64,000 nt of DNA from a virus (taxonomy: Duplodnaviria > Caudoviricetes). Of this stretch, positions 57,163 through 64,000 are shown piece after piece (the stretch's first letter is position 1; each line of letters opens with the position of its first letter). The translations under genes were made by a program, and so were the position numbers. The stretch covers positions 1,844 through 65,843 of the IMG/VR virus record IMGVR_UViG_2799112767_000002. The stretch is one strand, 5' to 3'. The notes beneath the pieces were generated by a model. It was not told the DNA's origin. It saw only the letters and a list, made by a program, of their open reading frames with translations, and did not search any database.

Positions 57163-58760
57163 TTACACAGCTATTAAAGTTTCCTCCTCGACTTCTTGCT
57201 CTTGCTCTGCCTCAAAGCCAAAAGGAAGCTTGGTTAGTTCGTTAATCTGGTCGTAAATCTCGTTTCCATGCTTGTGAAGAATCTCACAGTCTACATAGAG
57301 GTCAACCACTTTCTTTCTAATGGTTTTCTCCTCATAGATACCTTCTTCCTTATTCCAAGCATGGTAGGTGGTAAGTTCATCTGCATTCTCGAAATACTCT
57401 TTATCGAAATCACAGTAGAACCAGTTCTTTTTCTTAAATTCAAGCTCTGCCTGATTCTTGCAATCGTCACAGCAGAAGTCCTGATTCAACAAATCACTGT
57501 GAGAGTGCTCGTCTCGTGGGTAATACTCAGGATCAAGAAAACGTCCAGAGCAATAAGGACAATCCAAGATATCCTCATAGTGAATCCAATCGCCATCATA
57601 GTCTTCAAAATCTCTTCAAAATCGTCTAAGTCCTCACTGTCGCAACTCATTTCAGATCCATGATAATAGACAGTAACAGTATCGGCCACATCACGATCAT
57701 GATATTCATCGTAAGCGCTCTCTTCATCCTCAATCTCGCCGTTCGTAGTGTCCAAGCGATATTGATAGTCGCAATCAGAATAATTGTAGGCTACATTATC
57801 ATCCATGTTATACCACTTGAACGAGTCCTGGTAACTGAGATAATCACCCCAGTCCAAGTCACATGAAATAGTGAATCTCTTGCAGTTAAGTGAGTTTCCT
57901 TCATTATCGACGAAACCTCTTGAATTTCCACAGTCTGCCCCGACGAACTTATATCCGTCAATCTGGTTGTCTTGAATTAAAGAATCAACAAGTGCTCTCT
58001 TAAGAATCTCGTTGGAATCTGATGAGTACTGCCTTTCACACAGCCTCCAAACTTTCCCGTCCTCGTCTTTTGCGGCAGTATAAATCACAGCTCTCGCAAT
58101 CACTTTATCGTTCTTATTGGTGAGATATGCTGCTTTTGCCTTGACTGCATCACTATAGAAAGATGAAAGTCCACGGCCGGTCATGCATGAATGAAAATCA
58201 CCTTCACATGCCTCTCTGCTATAAATCTTCTCGAAATTATCGTCAACGTGAAGGGTGTATTTGGGAAGCGACCCCTGTACATAAACCTGCCAGTCCATGC
58301 AGAACTCCTCAGCCAGGAACACTTTTACCTGTTGTGGAAGTGCTTTACCAATTGATGTTTCCTCGATAAGCTGGGTATAGAATCGACCCGCCTTCTTTTT
58401 GAAAATGTCTTACCGCTCGTGATTGTAGTAACGAACGAAGCCGATAGTCCCGTCCTCTGGCACACCTCTGTATTCATCAGTCTCACATATGCCCGAGTAA
58501 TAGACGTACTTACCTAAAACCACATCATAGGCAAGATTCTCATTCCTGCCTGCCTCAATGATTTTATTTGTAACCACTTGCTTAAGCTCGGCCATACTTG
58601 ATATTCCGAGCAAATCGTAGTCACCATGTTCTCGACACCAGCGCCATACCTCTTTCGACTTAAGTAGCGCCAGTAAGATTTTGTTCCTTCTTGTGCCGTT
58701 AGAGATTCCAAATAAACCTTGGAACTCAGTAGCATTGTTAAAACTTCTGATTTTGTTCAT
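57163..58760 (-). pseudogene. Large conserved hypothetical gene broken by an in-frame TAA and an 11-bp duplication
   Basis: The stop at 58410-58412 is in frame with the 58322 ORF. TCTTCAAAATC occurs twice (57602-57623) and shifts the frame. Confidence 0.8.
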
Positions 58761-58864
58761 TTTTCTTGTCTTTAAAATGTTGATAATTAGTTTGTTTTAA
58801 ATGAAAAAAGAGGACCCACATTTTGTTGTGAATCCTCTTCGGTTCATGGCTACATACGGCCGGC

Positions 58865-59881
58865 TTAACTAATAAACCAGCTATACCCACTGTCTTCGTT
58901 TCTTAGTCCCTGTGCTATGCCAAGACTCGTTGTAAGTGCATTCGCCTCTCTTGCCAGGAAAGTGTCTATATAGCTTCCCTTACATGCACCAGTCAATAGG
59001 TTGTAGAAATCCCACATGCTCAGCTCTCCGTTATCGTCGACGCTGAAATTTGGGTCTCTGTAGTATTGCCTTGCTACATTGTTCACCATTGAATCGGTGA
59101 TAAGCATCTGCGGTATCTCCCTCTGTATCTTAGCTGGGAGATAATTGTACAGGCGCATTTTCCCAAGAATTAATGCGAATTGAGTCTCAGACAGGTAAAG
59201 GTCTTCAAGCGATTTCAGCAGGTAGATGTGCTTTGCCATGTCGTAAGTGTCGAGCAAATGAAGCGAGTGTTGGTAGATCTCGCTTGGTGATATTGCTCTA
59301 ATCTCGTCTCGATAGCCGTCTGTCCAAATGCATTGGTTACAGCAGACGGTATTCTGGAAGCCGACAGCGAGTGAAAATTTCTGTGCTGTCAGTCTCCCGT
59401 TTAGATTGTCTCGGCCATAGGACTTAACTCCCACGACCGACAAGTTCAGCCTGTTACCATTCACGTCCTTATGAATACTAGGCACGTTTATGCAAAAGGC
59501 CATTCTCTCGTAATATTGCGTCATTTCATGTGGAAGCAGTTCAGAGCTTTTCTTGTTAATCGCTTCTGGAATTCTGCCTCGAATAATATGACTTACTCTT
59601 ACCTGGGGCTCCTCAATTTGCTCTGACCGATAATAGTCACGTATAGCTTGATATGTTGCCCCGATAAATTGTGAGTGTGATAGAACCGCCTCATTATCTT
59701 TTGCGAAATTTGGTATCACACAGACGTTCTGAAGGCTCTCTAAGGTTATAGGTATAGAGTTAGCCTCGATGAATGGGGATGGTGTTGTGGAATCATCCCC
59801 AATGGTTTGATTGTCCACCACTTCTGCAGCTACTATAGGAAGGTAGCTCGGGTGAACCATTGTAGTTGTTTGTTCTTCCAT
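58865..59881 (-). CDS. DUF3871 family protein
   Basis: PFIEAN...IP.FAKDNE..LSH..FI...YERMAF...FQN.VC.N. Confidence 0.8.
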   Translation of the reverse strand: MEEQTTTMVHPSYLPIVAAEVVDNQTIGDDSTTPSPFIEANSIPITLESLQNVCVIPNFAKDNEAVLSHSQFIGATYQAIRDYYRSEQIEEPQVRVSHIIRGRIPEAINKKSSELLPHEMTQYYERMAFCINVPSIHKDVNGNRLNLSVVGVKSYGRDNLNGRLTAQKFSLAVGFQNTVCCNQCIWTDGYRDEIRAISPSEIYQHSLHLLDTYDMAKHIYLLKSLEDLYLSETQFALILGKMRLYNYLPAKIQREIPQMLITDSMVNNVARQYYRDPNFSVDDNGELSMWDFYNLLTGACKGSYIDTFLAREANALTTSLGIAQGLRNEDSGYSWFIS

Positions 59882-60558
59882 TTTTTCCTTTCTCTTTAAA
59901 ATGGTTTGTTAATTACTTCGGCGGCGGTCTCAATTTCTGATACGCCTGCCATAATTTTTTGCTTTGTTTGATAATCGTTGCTATAGTCTCAAGCCCGATT
60001 ACAATAATGTCGATGATGTTGCCCTTGTCATTTGTCGATTTCTTCTTCGTCGCACTCTTCTTCGGGGCCATCTTCATCATCGACAGTCTCTTTCTCGTCT
60101 TTTGTTTGTTTTTGTGGTCTAAAGCGGTCCCATAACTCAACACCTAAATTCATGATGAGCATTGCCGCTGCCACAATGTTTAATGATTTAATAGTTTTCT
60201 CCATGTTTTGTCTCTCTTGTTATTGTGTTTAGTTAATAATATGTTATAATTCTCTCAATTATAAGGGGATAAGTCGAAATGAGAAAAATCAAAATCAATG
60301 CATTCTTAATCATCAAAAGTTGTAGATGTAGTGCTATAAGTCCCGAAAAAAATCGAGTTATAGCTCACTATCTCGTCTCAAAAATCCTACATTCTTCTGA
60401 AAATCACCATGTTGTATTTTTGGACTTTTATGGAATTGTATTGGGGGGAGCAGCAAGAAATTTACCACATTTCTGCACTAATCTTATAAAAAACATGCTT
60501 ATATTTTTCTGGAATCGGTATTTTTTGTATATTTGCAGAAAAAAAATAAAGCACTTTT

Positions 60559-62001
60559 ATGGGAATAATTGGTCGAGAAAAAGAGATAGCAGAACTATAT
60601 CAGTTATATGATAGCGGCAAATCAGAGTTTGTGGCAGTATATGGTCGTCGCCGTGTCGGGAAGACTTTTCTTGTTGACGAAAGTCTGAAAGGAAAAATCA
60701 CTTTTCGCCATGCGGGTCTCTCTCCTGTTGACAAAGAGAACAGTAAGAACAGTTTGAAATATCAACTTCGCCAGTTCTATATTTCTCTTCAGCAGCATGG
60801 CATGAAGAGGAGCAAGTGTCCTACCTCATGGATGGAGGCATTCTTTCTGTTGTCACAATTTCTCGAGAATCACGATACAGGTAAGAGGCAAGTGGTATTT
60901 CTTGATGAGCTGCCATGGCTCGACACTCCCAAATCGGGATTCATCACAGCTTTTGAGGGATTCTGGAACTCTTGGGCATGCCATCGCGACAACCTCATGC
61001 TTATTGTGTGTGGATCGGCAAACTCTTGGATGCTCAACAACTTAGTAAACAATCATGGTGGACTATATGGACGCATTACTTGGGAAATAAAGCTTCATCC
61101 ATTCAAACTTTCTGAATGTGAGCAGTTTTACAAGAGTCAGGACTTAAACATGACCCGTTACGACATAGTGCAGAGCTATATGATTCTTGGTGGTATTCCT
61201 TATTACATGAGATATTTAAGAAAAGAGTTCAGCCTTGCGCAGAATCTTGACGCACTGTTCTTTGCCGAAGATGCACGATTGCGTGATGAATACAATCGCT
61301 TATTTGCATCGGTGTTTTCCAATCCCGAAGAAATGAAACGGATTGTAGAACTGCTTGCCACAAGACATTCGGGTTTCACACGCAAAGAACTGATTGATTT
61401 GGGACATTTCAAAGATAGCGGATATTTCTCTAAAATGCTTATGGCACTTATTGCAAGCGACTTCATTCAGACTTATGTGCCTTTCGGGAAATCAAAACGC
61501 GATTTAATGTACAAGCTGACCGACCACTTCTGTCTCTTCTATCTGAGGTTTGTTGAGAACAGAACTGAGCTTGACCCAGAGTTCTGGATGCATAATGTGA
61601 ATGCACCGGCCATCAATAGTTGGCGTGGTATCGCTTTTGAGGAAGTCTGCTTCAATCATGTTTATCAAATCAAGGCAGCATTAAGTATACTTGGAGTGTC
61701 ATCCACACAGTCGCCATTAATAATAAAAGGTGATGGTGACAAAGAGGGCACTCAGATAGACCTCATTATTAACAGAAAGGATAATGTTGCAAGCGTGTGT
61801 GAGATGAAGTTTTACAATGCACCGTTTACAGTTAATAAGGAATATCACTTCAAGATTGTCCAACGTAATAACCAATTGGCCGAACTGCTGCCTCGACATG
61901 CTTCAATACATAACGTGCTTGTCTCAACTTATGGTATCAAAGACAATGAGTACAGCGGAGACTTTCAGTCTGTGGTATGCCTTGACGATTTATTTAGATA
62001 A
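60559..62001 (+). CDS. ATPase_2/AAA_14-type ATP-binding protein with a C-terminal PD-(D/E)XK-like domain
   Basis: GRRRVGKT, VVFLDE, QIDL...CEMKF. Confidence 0.85.
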   Translation: MGIIGREKEIAELYQLYDSGKSEFVAVYGRRRVGKTFLVDESLKGKITFRHAGLSPVDKENSKNSLKYQLRQFYISLQQHGMKRSKCPTSWMEAFFLLSQFLENHDTGKRQVVFLDELPWLDTPKSGFITAFEGFWNSWACHRDNLMLIVCGSANSWMLNNLVNNHGGLYGRITWEIKLHPFKLSECEQFYKSQDLNMTRYDIVQSYMILGGIPYYMRYLRKEFSLAQNLDALFFAEDARLRDEYNRLFASVFSNPEEMKRIVELLATRHSGFTRKELIDLGHFKDSGYFSKMLMALIASDFIQTYVPFGKSKRDLMYKLTDHFCLFYLRFVENRTELDPEFWMHNVNAPAINSWRGIAFEEVCFNHVYQIKAALSILGVSSTQSPLIIKGDGDKEGTQIDLIINRKDNVASVCEMKFYNAPFTVNKEYHFKIVQRNNQLAELLPRHASIHNVLVSTYGIKDNEYSGDFQSVVCLDDLFR

Positions 62002-62539
62002 TTGTGGAATAAAAACCGACAAAAACATGCTTATGATTTACTAGAATTGGCATTTTAACCCTGATCCCAGAAAAATATAAGCACTTCTTATTTTTCAAAA
62101 ATCAGCCATTTTCGAGATTTTTTTTGAAAACGGCTGAATTTTCCGAAGGTGCGAAAATCTTATTTGCCTCATTTACAGCAAATAGCATATCAAGCCATCA
62201 ACAAATCCACCTAAAAAATGATCCTTGTTTTAATCATGTCATCAGCGTTTAATAAAATGAAAAAAAGAAGAGCGGGCACCATGCTTCTTCAGCAATAATG
62301 TCCGCTGCTTCTTCCGAGCTCTTCCATCAAGTAGCCAGCACATTAGGCCAGCATGCAAGATGAAATGCAAGCGCTCGTGTGATGGCGGTAGCACACTTGC
62401 TCTTCGCAAATGGCTCCGTACCATCGGTAAATATATGTAGTTATTATATATTGTTACCGCCCACCGCCAGCCATAATGCCAGCAGTCCATATGGGTCGGT
62501 TATTGTCTATGTATAAGGGTTTGAGGGGGATTTTAAGAG

Positions 62540-64000
62540 TCAATTTTGTTTCCCTTCATTTAGCAACGAAAGCAACAACTCCTTCTGCTCATCGGTCATG
62601 GTTGATAATAAATTCTTGACTTCTATTTTTTCCCGTTCCATTCTCTCTTCCTTATTCTCATCACCTAAGATTTGATCAAATGGCTTGAAGATGTTTCTCA
62701 ATGCATCATCTTGAGCTACGGTATCAAATTGACCCATATAACCTTCTGTCGTTTTTAGGCTAGAGTGAGCAAGAAGTTCTTTCATCATCATAGAAGGAGT
62801 ATTTTGATCTCTTCCTAATTTCGCAAAGGAGTGACGACTCACGTGAAATGATATATGCTTGTCTATCTCAGCAAGTTTTTCTATTGTTTTGAGTTCTTTG
62901 TTTATCAATGCATTTTTAGATGATATCTGTTGATATAGTTTTTCTTTTATATCTGGCGACATTGTCTCTTTTTCTTTTTGAGTAACAGCTTTAGAATAAG
63001 AACTTCTGTTATCAAGAAAAGGAAAAATATAATCGTCAATCTTTGATTCCTTCTTTTTGTAAAGGTCTAATATCTTTGCCGTTATAGCTATGATTGGTAA
63101 ATCTTGCACTTTACCATTTTTGCTCATAACATATATAAGACGATCACCTACAATATTACGCCATCTTAATTGAAGCAAGTCTCCAATTCTAATTCCTGCA
63201 TAAAAAAGGCTAAACAAGAAACAATTGCGTACATGCCATACAACAGTCCCAGGCTCCAAGTGTAACTGAATTATTTTTACGATTTCCTCAAATTCAAGTT
63301 TTTCTTTGGTAGTCTCTTTCCAAGAAAATTTGAAATTTCTAAATGGGTCCTTCGAAGAATCTAAATAACCAAGATTTATGGCTTTGTAAGTCAGTGTACG
63401 AAGCCTTTTCATATGATTCATTATTGTGTTGTCATGTAATTTTCTTTTTTTATCTTTAACTAACTTATTCGATGCTCCTTTTAAATAAGAGTAGAAATCA
63501 TCAATAAATTTTGGAGTCAAATCTTCAAATTCAATGTCATTCATTTTTTGCTTCTTCATGAAATCTTCAAGTCTGTTTTGAAGAGACAAAAAAATCTTGT
63601 AGTAATTGTATTGACCTCCATTACGCAGGTTTTCAGTAAATCCCTTTGTAAACTCAAAAAATGATTTATCGGGGTTGGTTTGATCCTCAACTCCTCTTTT
63701 AATTTCGCTGGCGGTTAAGTATTCTTTGTTATATGCCATGTCAGAATGAATTTTCTTTACACCTGCCAATTCTTTTGCCAATGTCTCGTTTTTTATGGCT
63801 GACTCTGGATCACTTTGCCGTATCCAGTTGTCATTCCTTGGGCGTTTATTAAAGTGTTTCAGGTCAGACACTTCTACTGAAGATTTTACATAGCTTTTCT
63901 TTTTATTTTTTGTGATACGTATAAAAAGCGTATATTTGCCAAAACGATTAGGTTTGTTGTTCGCTATTATTGCAAAGGTGGTATGTGTGCCAGCAGTCAT
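62540..64000 (-). CDS. Tyrosine recombinase/integrase (Bacteroidetes ICE/IME type)
   Basis: N-terminal arm-binding region, SAM-like region, catalytic R (GIRIGD), K, HVSRH, H and Y (TEGY). Confidence 0.92.
   Translation of the reverse strand: MTAGTHTTFAIIANNKPNRFGKYTLFIRITKNKKKSYVKSSVEVSDLKHFNKRPRNDNWIRQSDPESAIKNETLAKELAGVKKIHSDMAYNKEYLTASEIKRGVEDQTNPDKSFFEFTKGFTENLRNGGQYNYYKIFLSLQNRLEDFMKKQKMNDIEFEDLTPKFIDDFYSYLKGASNKLVKDKKRKLHDNTIMNHMKRLRTLTYKAINLGYLDSSKDPFRNFKFSWKETTKEKLEFEEIVKIIQLHLEPGTVVWHVRNCFLFSLFYAGIRIGDLLQLRWRNIVGDRLIYVMSKNGKVQDLPIIAITAKILDLYKKKESKIDDYIFPFLDNRSSYSKAVTQKEKETMSPDIKEKLYQQISSKNALINKELKTIEKLAEIDKHISFHVSRHSFAKLGRDQNTPSMMMKELLAHSSLKTTEGYMGQFDTVAQDDALRNIFKPFDQILGDENKEERMEREKIEVKNLLSTMTDEQKELLLSLLNEGKQN

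Noticed and set aside
62002-62539. att site or tRNA target for the integrase; 82-aa ORF at 62242-62490
   Set aside because: No tRNA and no matching direct repeat was found in the window; the ORF has no recognisable motif.

Overview
Bacteroidales (Prevotella-like) DNA, judged from TAnnTTTG promoters and the gene families present. An apparently intact ~41.2 kb Mu-like transposable prophage (about 12938-54113, Hankyphage-like layout) sits inside a serine resolvase gene and splits it. The CCTCT target duplication is visible and the two halves rejoin in frame. The prophage carries a diversity-generating retroelement (DGR): VR 49462-49574, TR 49828-49940, RT 50182-51486, no avd gene. The DGR targets a 2293-aa tail/adhesin protein. 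A methyltransferase plus a thymidylate-synthase homolog with Asp at the E. coli Asn177 position lie at the right end. The flanking DNA looks like a partly decayed integrative defence island: tyrosine integrase, Kiwa-like pair, AAA ATPase/RloB pair, a 4TM + MBL + E2-E1-JAB operon (6A-MBL-like), an orphan AAA ATPase and several pseudogenes. The most novel-looking signals are (1) a textbook -1 frameshift signal that would fuse the portal to a MuF protein with a toxin-like tip, (2) the MTase/dCMP-type TS module, (3) an Avd-less DGR whose RT has a possibly separately initiated C-terminal domain, and (4) two unannotated structured small-RNA candidates. No tRNA, rRNA or CRISPR array was seen. All family assignments come from motif recognition by eye, not from database searches.
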